From an uncultured Candidatus Rokubacteria bacterium (GTDB lineage: Bacteria; Methylomirabilota; Methylomirabilia; Rokubacteriales; CSP1-6): a stretch of DNA of 64,000 nucleotides. Positions 38,473-47,053 of this stretch are shown here, piece after piece. Below the pieces are notes generated by a model. It saw only the letters and a program-made list of their open reading frames with translations, was not told the DNA's origin and ran no database searches. Made by a program: the position numbers and the translations under genes. The DNA lies in the NCBI GenBank assembly GCA_963762145.1, contig CAVXJS010000011.1, forward strand, positions 288,001 to 352,000. Reading direction: 5' to 3'. The first letter of the stretch is position 1, and each line of letters opens with the position of its first letter.

Positions 38473-40413
38473 ATGGACGTCACCGAGATCATCTGGCGGC
38501 CCGACCCCGAGGCGGCCGCGCGCACCCGCATGGGCCGCTTCATGAGGCAGCACGGCCTCGCGACCCTGGAAGACCTGCAGCGCCGCTCGATCGCGGACCC
38601 CGAATGGTACTGGGACGCGGTCTCGCGCGACCTGGGCCTGCACTGGTTCACACCCTACCGGCGCGTGCTCGACGAGTCCCAGGGCATCGCCTGGCCGCGC
38701 TGGTTCGAGGGCGGGCGGCTCAACCTGGCCGACAGCTGCGTCGACCGGCACGTCGCGGCGGGCCGCGGCGGCAAGCCCGCGGTGATCGCCGAGGCCGAGG
38801 ACGGGACGGTCCGCACGCTGACCTACGCGGAGCTGGGCGGGGAGATCAACCGGCTGGCCAACGCGCTCAAGCGCCTCGGGATCCGCCCGGGCGACACGGT
38901 CGGGATCTTCCTGCCCATGTGCGCGGAGGCGGTGATCGCCACGCTCGCGGTGGCGCGCATCGGCGCGGTGTACACGCCGTGCTTCTCGGGCTACGGCGCA
39001 CAGGCGGTGGCCTCGCGCCTCGACGGCTGCGGCGCGCGCGTGCTCATTACCGCGGATGCCTTCGCGCGCCGCGGGCAGGCGATCCCGCTCAAGCGCACCG
39101 CGGACGACGCGGTGAGCGCCTCGCCGACCATGGAGCACGTCATCGTCTACCGCCGGGGCAACGGCGACGTGCCGTGGAAGGACGGCCGCGACCTCTGGTG
39201 GCACGACCTGGTGGCGAAGGAGTCCACCGAGTGCCCGGCGCTCCCGGTCGAGGCCGATCACCCGTGTCTCATCATCTACACCTCGGGCACCACCGGGCGC
39301 CCCAAGGGCACCGTGCTCACCCACGGCGGCTTCTCGATCAAGAACGCGCACGACTTCGCGTATCTCTTCGATCTCGGCGAGTCCGACCGGCTCTTCTGGG
39401 TGACCGACCTGGGCTGGCTCATGGGCCCGATGCTCATCGGCGGGGCGCTGCTGACCGGCGGCACCGCGGTGCTCTTCGAGGGCACGCCCGACTACCCGAA
39501 GCCGGACCGGCTCTGGTCGGTGCTCGAGCGCCACCGGGTCACCGTGCTCGGCATCTCGCCCACCGCGGTGCGGGCGCTCATGCCGCACGGCGCGGAGTGG
39601 GTCACGCGCCACGATCTCTCCTCGCTCAAGCTGATGGCGTCGACCGGCGAGCCGTGGAATCCCGAGCCCTATCGCTGGCTCTTCGAGACGGCGGGGAAGG
39701 GCAAGCTGCCGATCATCAACTACACCGGCGGCACCGAGATCTCGGGTGGCATCCTCTCGTGCTTCCCGATCGCGCCGATCAAGCCTTGCTCGTTCGCGGG
39801 GCCGATTCCGGGCATGGCCGCCGACGTGTACGACGAGGAAGGCCGGCCGGTGCGCGGCCAGGTGGGTGAGCTCGTGGTCACGCGCCCGTGGCCCGGGATG
39901 ACCGCGGGCTTCTGGAAGGACCGCGAGCGCTATCTCGAGACCTACTGGTCGCGCTGGCCCGACGTCTGGGTGCACGGCGACTGGGCCTACGTGGACGACG
40001 ACGGCTTCTGGTTCATCCAGGGCCGCTCGGACGACACGCTCAAGATCGCGGGCAAGCGGGTGGGACCGGCCGAGGTGGAATCGGTGCTGGTCGGCCATCC
40101 GGCGGTGGCCGAGGCGGCGGCCATCGGCGTGCCGCACGAGATCAAGGGCGAGAGCGTGGTGTGCTTCGCGGTCCTGCGTCCCGACCGGCAGCCGTCCGAG
40201 ACGCTCCGCGCCGAGCTCGTGGAAGAAGTGGTGCGCTCGATGGGGAAGGCGATCCGCCCCGAGCGCGTGCTCTTCGCGCGCGAGCTGCCCAAGACCCGAA
40301 GCGCCAAGATCATGCGCCGGGTGGTGCGCGCGACCTACCTCGGCCGAGACCCCGGCGATCTCTCCTCGCTCGACAACCCGGGCGGGGTCAAGGCGATCAG
40401 CGACGCCCAGTAA
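38473..40413 (+). CDS. Acyl-CoA synthetase (acetate/acetoacetate--CoA ligase family)
   Basis: YTSGTTGRPKG, GRSDDTLKIAGKR, LPKTRSAKIMRR. Confidence 0.92.
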   Translation: MDVTEIIWRPDPEAAARTRMGRFMRQHGLATLEDLQRRSIADPEWYWDAVSRDLGLHWFTPYRRVLDESQGIAWPRWFEGGRLNLADSCVDRHVAAGRGGKPAVIAEAEDGTVRTLTYAELGGEINRLANALKRLGIRPGDTVGIFLPMCAEAVIATLAVARIGAVYTPCFSGYGAQAVASRLDGCGARVLITADAFARRGQAIPLKRTADDAVSASPTMEHVIVYRRGNGDVPWKDGRDLWWHDLVAKESTECPALPVEADHPCLIIYTSGTTGRPKGTVLTHGGFSIKNAHDFAYLFDLGESDRLFWVTDLGWLMGPMLIGGALLTGGTAVLFEGTPDYPKPDRLWSVLERHRVTVLGISPTAVRALMPHGAEWVTRHDLSSLKLMASTGEPWNPEPYRWLFETAGKGKLPIINYTGGTEISGGILSCFPIAPIKPCSFAGPIPGMAADVYDEEGRPVRGQVGELVVTRPWPGMTAGFWKDRERYLETYWSRWPDVWVHGDWAYVDDDGFWFIQGRSDDTLKIAGKRVGPAEVESVLVGHPAVAEAAAIGVPHEIKGESVVCFAVLRPDRQPSETLRAELVEEVVRSMGKAIRPERVLFARELPKTRSAKIMRRVVRATYLGRDPGDLSSLDNPGGVKAISDAQ

Positions 40414-40451
40414 CCCGCCCCGCTCAGGCGAGAGGGCAGGCTAGGGGCGGC

Positions 40452-42377
40452 TCAGGCGGCGCGCCGCTCCTGCCGCCGCGAGTACGCGAAGGCAGCCACG
40501 ATCAGCAGCACCACCACGAGCTGCGTCAGCACGCCCTGCCACGTCGGGTAGAGACCGAGCGACGGGACCGCGGGCAGGTCGAGCGGCTGCACCGGCAGGC
40601 TCCCGGCCTCCTGCAGGGCCGCGATGCCCTTGCCGGCCAGGACCACCGCGAGGAGCGCCATCAGGATCGAGCCCACCCCGAAGAAGAGGCCGAGCGGCAG
40701 CCGCAGGCCGGCCTTCAGGATGAGCCAGGCGAGCGCCACCAGGCCGACCACCGCGGCCGCGAACCCGGCCCCGACCGCGAGGCGCCCGTCGGCGCCCGCC
40801 TCGACCCAGAGCGCCTGATAGAACAGCACCGTCTCGAAGGCCTCGCGGTAGACCGCGAGGAACGAGATCGACGCGAGCGCCCACATGGTGCGGCCGGAGA
40901 GCGCGGTCGCCACGCGCGTCTCGATGAACGCCTTCCACCGGGCCGCGTGGCTGTGGCGGTGCATCCAGAAGCCCACGTAGAGCAGCATGACGGCCGCGAC
41001 GAGCGCGGCGATGCCCTCGGTGATCTCGCGACCGGCCCCGGTGACGGTCACCAGGTAGGAGGCGGCCACCCAGGTGAGCCCGCCGAGCGCGAGGGCCCCG
41101 ATCCATCCCGCGTGCACGTAGCGGAGCGCGTCGCGGCGCCCCGCCCTGATCAGCAGGGCGATGAGGGCCGCCACCACCAGCAGGGCCTCGAGCCCCTCCC
41201 GGAGCAGGATCACCAGCGCGCTGGCGAAGAGCGTGCCGGGGGAGAGGCGGGCCGCGTCGAGCCGCTGCCGCGCGGTCTCGAGCAGGGCCTGGATCGCGCG
41301 TTCCTGCGTCTCGACCGCGGTCACCGGCGCCCCGGACTGGAGCAGCGACCGGTAGCGCAGCATCTCGGCCTCGACGCGGGTCAAGAGCGCGCCGTCCACC
41401 GCGCGCAGCGGGGCCTCCACCAGCTCGAACCCCTCCAGGTACCCGGTGACCGCGAGCCGATGGGCACGCGTGGCGTCGCCCTGGCGGTAGGCCTCCAGGC
41501 TCTCGCCCAGCAGCCGCGCGCTCACGTCGAGCGGCGTCTCGCGGCCGCCCACCGCGCCGGGCTCGGCGCGCAGGTGGGCGAGCACGGCCGCCCCGTCGCG
41601 GCCCAGCCGGGCGGTCACCTCCCGCGGCGTCGCCATCACGAGCGCGCGCAGGTCCCCGAGCTCGCCCGCACCCGTGCCGGCCTTCCAGAGCGCGGCCCCG
41701 CGGGCGCGCTCGTCGGCGCTTCCCGCGAGCGTGGTGACGTAGAAGGCCAGCGCCCAGCGCTGGGGGTCGCTCAGTGCGGAGAACCCGGTCATCCCGGTGC
41801 CCTTGATGCCAAGGGTGATCGTGTTGTAGAGACCGAGCACGCTGAGCTGGCCCTGGCGGGCCGCGTCGGTGAGGTCGGCGGGCGGCGGCGTGAGCCCCTT
41901 GGCCGCGGGTCCGTCGCCGCGGCCGCTCGCGCCGTGGCAGACCGCGCAGTGCGTGGCGAAGTCGGCGGGGGCGGACGCGAGGTCCGGTGCCCGCCGCGGA
42001 GACACCCGGACCTGGTAGACCTCGATGATGCGTCCCCGCAGCTCGCCCGCGAGCCGCGTCACCTCGTCGCCCGGCCGCTTGTCGCCGATCGCGGCGGCCA
42101 GCTGCGCGGCCCCGGTCTCGAGCGCGGTCCGCTCCGGGCGGGCCGGAAGCTCGCGGATCAGGGCGAGCACGCTCGCGGCGAACTCGACCTGCTCGTCGTA
42201 CTCGCCCTGGTCGGCGACCTTGCCGTCCTTGACCGCTTCCGGGTAGTCCACACCCAGGTAGTCGAGCAGGTGGAGGATCGGCGCGAAGGGATCGTCGGCG
42301 GCGGCCGGCGCCGCGGTGAAGCCGGACGCCGCGATCAGGGCGAGGAGGAGGGCGACCCGGATGAAGGGGCGCGTCAG
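40452..42377 (-). CDS. Cytochrome c / FTR1 iron permease fusion (PbrT-like)
   Basis: LLDYLGVDYPEAV, CAVCH heme motif, REGLE and REAFE REXXE motifs; frame open upstream to a CTG at 42377 that includes a signal peptide. Confidence 0.88.
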   Translation of the reverse strand: MTRPFIRVALLLALIAASGFTAAPAAADDPFAPILHLLDYLGVDYPEAVKDGKVADQGEYDEQVEFAASVLALIRELPARPERTALETGAAQLAAAIGDKRPGDEVTRLAGELRGRIIEVYQVRVSPRRAPDLASAPADFATHCAVCHGASGRGDGPAAKGLTPPPADLTDAARQGQLSVLGLYNTITLGIKGTGMTGFSALSDPQRWALAFYVTTLAGSADERARGAALWKAGTGAGELGDLRALVMATPREVTARLGRDGAAVLAHLRAEPGAVGGRETPLDVSARLLGESLEAYRQGDATRAHRLAVTGYLEGFELVEAPLRAVDGALLTRVEAEMLRYRSLLQSGAPVTAVETQERAIQALLETARQRLDAARLSPGTLFASALVILLREGLEALLVVAALIALLIRAGRRDALRYVHAGWIGALALGGLTWVAASYLVTVTGAGREITEGIAALVAAVMLLYVGFWMHRHSHAARWKAFIETRVATALSGRTMWALASISFLAVYREAFETVLFYQALWVEAGADGRLAVGAGFAAAVVGLVALAWLILKAGLRLPLGLFFGVGSILMALLAVVLAGKGIAALQEAGSLPVQPLDLPAVPSLGLYPTWQGVLTQLVVVLLIVAAFAYSRRQERRAA

Positions 42378-42784
42378 CGCTTCGTCTCCCGCGGCGTGAC
42401 CGCGATCGCGAGCTTGCCGACGCCGGCGAGCCGCGCCGCGTCCATGACGTCCACCACGCGCCCGTGAAGCACGTCGGTGTCGGCCTCGATCACCACCGCG
42501 AGCTCGGGCTCGGTGCGGGCGCGGGCCTGCAGGCGCGCGGTGAGCTGGGCGGCGTCGACCGGCTCCCGCTCGAGATAGATGACGCCCTCGCGCGAGATCG
42601 AGACCGAGACCGGCGCGCGCGCCGCCTCCGCGCGGGCCGCCTTGGGCAGATTGACCGGGATGCCGCCGTGCACCGTCATCGCGAGGCTCGCCATCATGAA
42701 GAAGACGAGCAGGAAGAACACGGTGTCGATCATGGGGATGATCTCGATCCGGGCCTTGCGGGGCGGGCGGCGGCGGAACTTCAC
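42374..42784 (-). CDS. exbD: Biopolymer transport protein ExbD/TolR
   Basis: IEIIPMIDTVFFLLVFFM, VNLPKA, VIEAD..V.HGRVVDVMD. Confidence 0.9.
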   Translation of the reverse strand: MKFRRRPPRKARIEIIPMIDTVFFLLVFFMMASLAMTVHGGIPVNLPKAARAEAARAPVSVSISREGVIYLEREPVDAAQLTARLQARARTEPELAVVIEADTDVLHGRVVDVMDAARLAGVGKLAIAVTPRETKR

Positions 42785-43395
42785 GGGATCTGCTGCTCCC
42801 GCAGCGCGAGGTCGAGGCGGCTGGCCAGCCGCTCCATCGTGTCCATGGCCTGCTCGGCGCGGGCCAGGAAGTAGTTGTAGGGCACCAGGGTGGCGATCGC
42901 GATGCCGAGGCCGGCCGCGGTGGCGATCAGGGCCTCGGCCACGCCCCCGGTGATGGCGTTCGGCTGGTTCATGCCGCTCGTCGACAGGATGCCGAAGGCG
43001 GCGATCATGCCGGTGACGGTGCCCAGCAGTCCGAGCAGGGGCGACAGCGTGATGATGGTGTCGAGGACCGGGAGGTAGCTGCGGAGGCGGCTCATCTCGG
43101 TCTGGGCCGCCGCTTCCATCGCGGCGGCGGGCGGGGCCTGTCGCTCGGCGAGGCCCGCCGCGACCACCCGCGCGGTCGCGGTGCGGGAGGCGCGGGCGAC
43201 CTCGAGCGCCTCGTCCAGCTTGCCGCGCTCGGCCAACTCGAGGGCGCGCTCGGCGGGACCCGCGTCACCCTGGCGCCACCAGAAGCCGAGCCGCTCGACC
43301 ACCACGGCCACGGCCAGGACGGAGCAGATCAGGAGCGGGATCATCACGGGCCCGCCCTTGGCGAGCGTCTGGATCAGAGTGCCGATGTGAAGCAC
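42781..43395 (-). CDS. exbB: MotA/TolQ/ExbB proton channel protein
   Basis: GGPVMIPL, SPLLGLLGTVTGMI, GVAEALIATAAGL. Confidence 0.9.
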   Translation of the reverse strand: MLHIGTLIQTLAKGGPVMIPLLICSVLAVAVVVERLGFWWRQGDAGPAERALELAERGKLDEALEVARASRTATARVVAAGLAERQAPPAAAMEAAAQTEMSRLRSYLPVLDTIITLSPLLGLLGTVTGMIAAFGILSTSGMNQPNAITGGVAEALIATAAGLGIAIATLVPYNYFLARAEQAMDTMERLASRLDLALREQQIP

Positions 43396-43443
43396 GACGG
43401 GCCCCTTCGCTGCCGGCGGCGTCGCGGGGACGGCCGGCTCTGG

Positions 43444-43487
43444 TGGCTCGCTGCCTGGGGCGAATGCCCGTCGGGGTGGCTGGCTGG
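43444..43487 (-). promoter_or_regulatory. Putative HmuP/HemP-responsive element (HPRE-like)
   Basis: CCAGCCAGCCA ... hairpin GGGC-ATTC-GCCC ... GGCAGCGAGCCA directly after the hemP stop; consensus recalled from memory. Confidence 0.45.
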
Positions 43488-43497
43488 GGTGGACAGG

Positions 43498-43677
43498 TTA
43501 CTTGGTCAGGATCAGCTTGTCCGCCTTGGTGATGTGCAGCCGGTATTCCTGGCCGCGATGCACGATGACGATCTCACGGCGTCCCCGGAACAGCTCCGCG
43601 CTCGCGATCCGGACGCCGGCCCGCGCGGTCGCGGGAGCCTCGCGGGCGAGGGGAGCCTCACCGGGGTCGTCGATCAC
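43498..43677 (-). CDS. hemP: Hemin uptake protein HemP
   Basis: [34 protein letters not shown] signature; GTG overlaps the bfr stop. Confidence 0.9.
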   Translation of the reverse strand: MIDDPGEAPLAREAPATARAGVRIASAELFRGRREIVIVHRGQEYRLHITKADKLILTK

Positions 43678-44153
43678 GTATCCTCTTCCTTGATCTGCTG
43701 GGAGAGATAGTGCGCCTCCCCCACCTGCCGGATCAGCTCCATCTGCTCCTCGATCCAATCGATGTGCCCCTCTTCGGCGGTCAGGATGTTTTCCACGAGC
43801 TCGCGCGTGCCGTTGTCGCCCAGCCCCCGGCACAGCTCCACCCCGGCATTCAGCGCGGCCACCGCGGCCCGCTCCAGATCGAGATCGAGCCGGAGCTGCT
43901 CGGGCACCGTCTGCCCGACGTTCACCTTGCCGAGCCGCTGCACGTTCGGCACGCCCTCCAGGTAGAGGATCCGCTCGATGAGCCGGTCGGCGTGACGCAT
44001 CTCACCGATCGATTCTTCGCGCAGCTTCTTCCACAGGCGCTTGTAGCCCCAGTTCTCGCACATCCGAGCGTGGATGAAGTACTGGTTGATGGCGGTCAGC
44101 TCCGCCGTGAGGATGTCGTTGAGCAGGCTCACCACCTGGTCGTGCCCCTTCAT
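43674..44153 (-). CDS. bfr: Bacterioferritin
   Basis: MKG..., [39 protein letters not shown]. Confidence 0.95.
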   Translation of the reverse strand: MKGHDQVVSLLNDILTAELTAINQYFIHARMCENWGYKRLWKKLREESIGEMRHADRLIERILYLEGVPNVQRLGKVNVGQTVPEQLRLDLDLERAAVAALNAGVELCRGLGDNGTRELVENILTAEEGHIDWIEEQMELIRQVGEAHYLSQQIKEEDT

Positions 44154-44173
44154 AGATTCCCCCCGTGAGGACG

Positions 44174-44367
44174 TTAGTGGACTGCTGCCGCCCACCATAG
44201 TGCCCGTCACGGGCCCGCTCCACCAGCGCGTCGAGGAGGTCGCCGCAGGCGCCGCAGTCTCCGCCCGCCCCGCATGCGCGCTCGACCTGGGCGACCGTGC
44301 GCGCGCCGTCCGCGATGACCGCCTCGACAGTGCGATCGGAGACGCCGCGGCAGAGGCAGAGGATCAT
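44174..44367 (-). CDS. bfd: Bacterioferritin-associated ferredoxin (2Fe-2S); 3' end uncertain
   Basis: MILCLC...[10 protein letters not shown]; the ORF as sequenced runs to 44002 overlapping bfr, and a TAA at 44174 in another frame suggests an indel. Confidence 0.8.
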
Positions 44368-44450
44368 CCGCGGGAGCTCCGGGGCGCGGCCGGCCGGTCG
44401 ATCATTCGGGTGCCTTTCCGTTCACTCTTAGGGCCCTGATACGACGATGG

Positions 44451-44482
44451 TTAGGTTTACCTAATTATAATTGGGCTGTCAA
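44451..44482 (-). promoter_or_regulatory. DtxR/IdeR/SirR-type operator overlapping the bfd promoter
   Basis: Palindrome TTAGGT-TT-ACCTAA (44451-44464); minus-strand TTGACA (44482-44477) then 17 bp then TAAACC inside the palindrome. Confidence 0.65.
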
Positions 44483-44562
44483 CGGAGAATTTCCCCACCC
44501 TGCCGGCCGGGTCGGCTTACCATCGCGGCATCCAAATCGTCGATGCCCAAGGAGGGGAACAC

Positions 44563-45810
44563 ATGCGCATGCGCCCGACCGTGCAGTGGCTGTTGGGAGT
44601 GGCTCTCGCGATGGCCGTGGCCCTGGTCCCGGCCGCGCCGGCCCGGGCCGACGAGACCTGCCAGTCCCCCTTCCTGCCCAAGGTGACCGGCCAGGAAGAC
44701 TACCTCTACGTGTGGACCCTCGGGGTGAAGGGGGTGGCGGACGGCAACGACAGCATGGTCACCGTGGACGTCACCCCCGGGTCAGGGCGCTACGGCCAGA
44801 TCGTCCACCGGGCTCCGGTGCCCGGCCAGCACGAAGCCCACCACGCCGGCTTCACCGACGACCGGCGCTTCCTCTGGGCGGGGGGGCTCGACACCAGCCA
44901 GATCTTCATCTTCGACGTGGCCTCGAACCCGGGCCAGCCGAAGCTGGTGAAGACGATCAAGACGTTCGTGAAGGACACCGGAGGCCTGGTCGGTCCACAT
45001 ACCTTCTACGCGCTCCCGGGGCGGATGCTGATCACCGCCCTCTCCAACTCCAAGGACTACGGCGGCCGGACCGGGATGGCCGAGTACACCAACGACGGGA
45101 AGTTCATCCGGACGATCTGGATGCCCGCGGAGGCTCCCTACGGCTACGACGTCCGGGTCAACGTCAACCTGAACCGCATGCTCACGTCGTCGTTCGCGGG
45201 CCGGAAGAACTACATGCGGCCGATCGGGGAGCTCCTGAAGGACGGCGAGGCCATGAAGCAGTTCGGCTCGTCGGTCGTCGTCTGGGACTTCCACGCGCGC
45301 AAGCCGCTCCAGGTGCTCCAGATCCCGGGCGCGCCGCTCGAGCTCCGGTGGGCCCTCCTGCCGAATCATCCGTACGCCTTCACCTCGACCGCGCTCACCG
45401 GGCAGCTCGTGCTGATCCACCAGCAGCCGGACGGCAAGTGGACCCACAAGAACATCGCCGAGATCGGCGCCAACATCCCGGTGGACATCAGCATCGCGCC
45501 CGACGACAGCAAGATCTACGTGAACTCCTACGGCGACGGGACGCTGCGGATCTACGACGTGACCAATCCGTTCGAGGGCAAGCTCATCCACCAGGTGAAG
45601 CTCGGCGACCAGGCCAACATGGTCTCGACCTCGTGGGACGGCCAGCGCGTCTACGCGACCAGCTCGCTGCTCTCGCAGTGGGACAAGCCCGGCGACCAGT
45701 GGCTGAAGGCCTTCGCGTGGGAGGACGGCAAGCTGGTCCCGAAGTTCAGCACCGACTTCAACGGGGTCGGGCGCGCGCACATCATGAACTTCGGGAGCAA
45801 GTCCCGGTAA
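44563..45810 (+). CDS. mtoX: Methanethiol oxidase-like / selenium-binding protein (SBP56 family), periplasmic
   Basis: Signal peptide, ADETCQSP, EAHH, VGPHTFYALPGRML, PGAPLELRW, PVDISI, QWDK, GRAH. Confidence 0.85.
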   Translation: MRMRPTVQWLLGVALAMAVALVPAAPARADETCQSPFLPKVTGQEDYLYVWTLGVKGVADGNDSMVTVDVTPGSGRYGQIVHRAPVPGQHEAHHAGFTDDRRFLWAGGLDTSQIFIFDVASNPGQPKLVKTIKTFVKDTGGLVGPHTFYALPGRMLITALSNSKDYGGRTGMAEYTNDGKFIRTIWMPAEAPYGYDVRVNVNLNRMLTSSFAGRKNYMRPIGELLKDGEAMKQFGSSVVVWDFHARKPLQVLQIPGAPLELRWALLPNHPYAFTSTALTGQLVLIHQQPDGKWTHKNIAEIGANIPVDISIAPDDSKIYVNSYGDGTLRIYDVTNPFEGKLIHQVKLGDQANMVSTSWDGQRVYATSSLLSQWDKPGDQWLKAFAWEDGKLVPKFSTDFNGVGRAHIMNFGSKSR

Positions 45811-45812
45811 CC

Positions 45813-46508
45813 GTGCGCGGCTGGCTCGGTCCCGGCGCGCTCGCGGTGGCCCTGGCCGCGGGCGCGCTGGGGCCGCCCGGCGCGACGGCCCACTCGCCCG
45901 GGCCCGCGCTCGCGGACGAGTTCATCCAGGGTGTGTTCACGCCCGCGTTCGTGCCGCCGCCGCCCGGCAGCTACGAGCTGCCCGCGATCAAGCGCGTCGG
46001 CGCCTTCACGCTGCGCGACGCCGCGGGGCGGGTGGTGGATACCCGCGCGATTATGGCGGGGAAGATCGCGGTGGTGAGCTTCATCTACACCGCGTGCCCG
46101 GACCGCCTCGGCTGCCCGCTCGCGAGCCAGGCGCTGCGCGATATCCAGACCCGGCTACGCGAGACGGGCCTCGCGGGGGAGACGGCGCTCGTCTCGATCA
46201 GCTTCGACCCCGAGCGCGACCGGCCCGCCCAGCTCGCGAAGTACGCCGCGGTCTACGACGCCGATCCCGCCCTCTGGCGCTTCCTGACCGCCCCGTCCGG
46301 CCGCGTGCTCGACGCGGTGCTGGAGAGCTACGGGCAGGACCGGACGCCCGAGCGTGACGAGCGCGGCCGGCCCACCGGACGCATTCGCCACGTGCTGAAG
46401 GTCTTCCTGGTGGACCGCGAGGGGTTCATCCGCAACGTCTACAGCGCGGGTTTCCTGGTGCCCGAGCTGGTGATGAACGACATCCGCACCGTGCTGGGGA
46501 AGCCCTAG
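45813..46508 (+). CDS. SCO1/SenC family copper chaperone
   Basis: SFIYTACPDRLGCP, SISFDPERD, WRFLT, H..KVFLVD..G.IR. Confidence 0.85.
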   Translation: MRGWLGPGALAVALAAGALGPPGATAHSPGPALADEFIQGVFTPAFVPPPPGSYELPAIKRVGAFTLRDAAGRVVDTRAIMAGKIAVVSFIYTACPDRLGCPLASQALRDIQTRLRETGLAGETALVSISFDPERDRPAQLAKYAAVYDADPALWRFLTAPSGRVLDAVLESYGQDRTPERDERGRPTGRIRHVLKVFLVDREGFIRNVYSAGFLVPELVMNDIRTVLGKP

Positions 46509-46516
46509 CGGAGTGG

Positions 46517-47053
46517 CTAGAGAACGTGGAGGAGGGGGCGGGCGCGGAGCGTCGCCTCGTCCCAGAAGCCGGTCGTGCGCAGCTCGTCCAGCGCCTTGGC
46601 CATGTCGTCCCCGCGCATGACCGCGAGGGTCCCGCCGCCCGGGAAGAAGCCGCCGAACGCCATGCGCCCGCCGCCGCGGGCCTCGATGAGGGCGAAGGAG
46701 GCCATCTCCACGTCGGGGGCCAGACCTTCCACCAGCGTGACCGGGCGCGAGCCGTCGGTGACGAGGGGAGGCAGCTCCCACGGCTCGAGGAATTGCGCGA
46801 AGCTCCGCGGCGCGTAGCTGGCCCACACGCCGCCGGTCATGTAGGGGTCCTCCTCCACCAGCCGGCGGACGTCGTCCGGCTGCTGGACGCGATAGAACAC
46901 GTCGGCACCGCGGCCGTCCGGGGCGGGCCCGCCGCCGATGACGAGCCCCTGGGCGCGGAGGCCCATGAGCCGCTCGAGGTGGGCCTTGCGGTACGGCTCG
47001 CGCTTCTCCAGGTAGTCGTCCGCGGTCTTCACCGCGACGTGGTAGATGATCAC
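46517..47053 (-). CDS. YciI-like protein
   Basis: KREPYRKAHLERL, GGP, EEDPYMTGGVW; GTG overlaps the upstream stop. Confidence 0.7.
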   Translation of the reverse strand: MIIYHVAVKTADDYLEKREPYRKAHLERLMGLRAQGLVIGGGPAPDGRGADVFYRVQQPDDVRRLVEEDPYMTGGVWASYAPRSFAQFLEPWELPPLVTDGSRPVTLVEGLAPDVEMASFALIEARGGGRMAFGGFFPGGGTLAVMRGDDMAKALDELRTTGFWDEATLRARPLLHVL

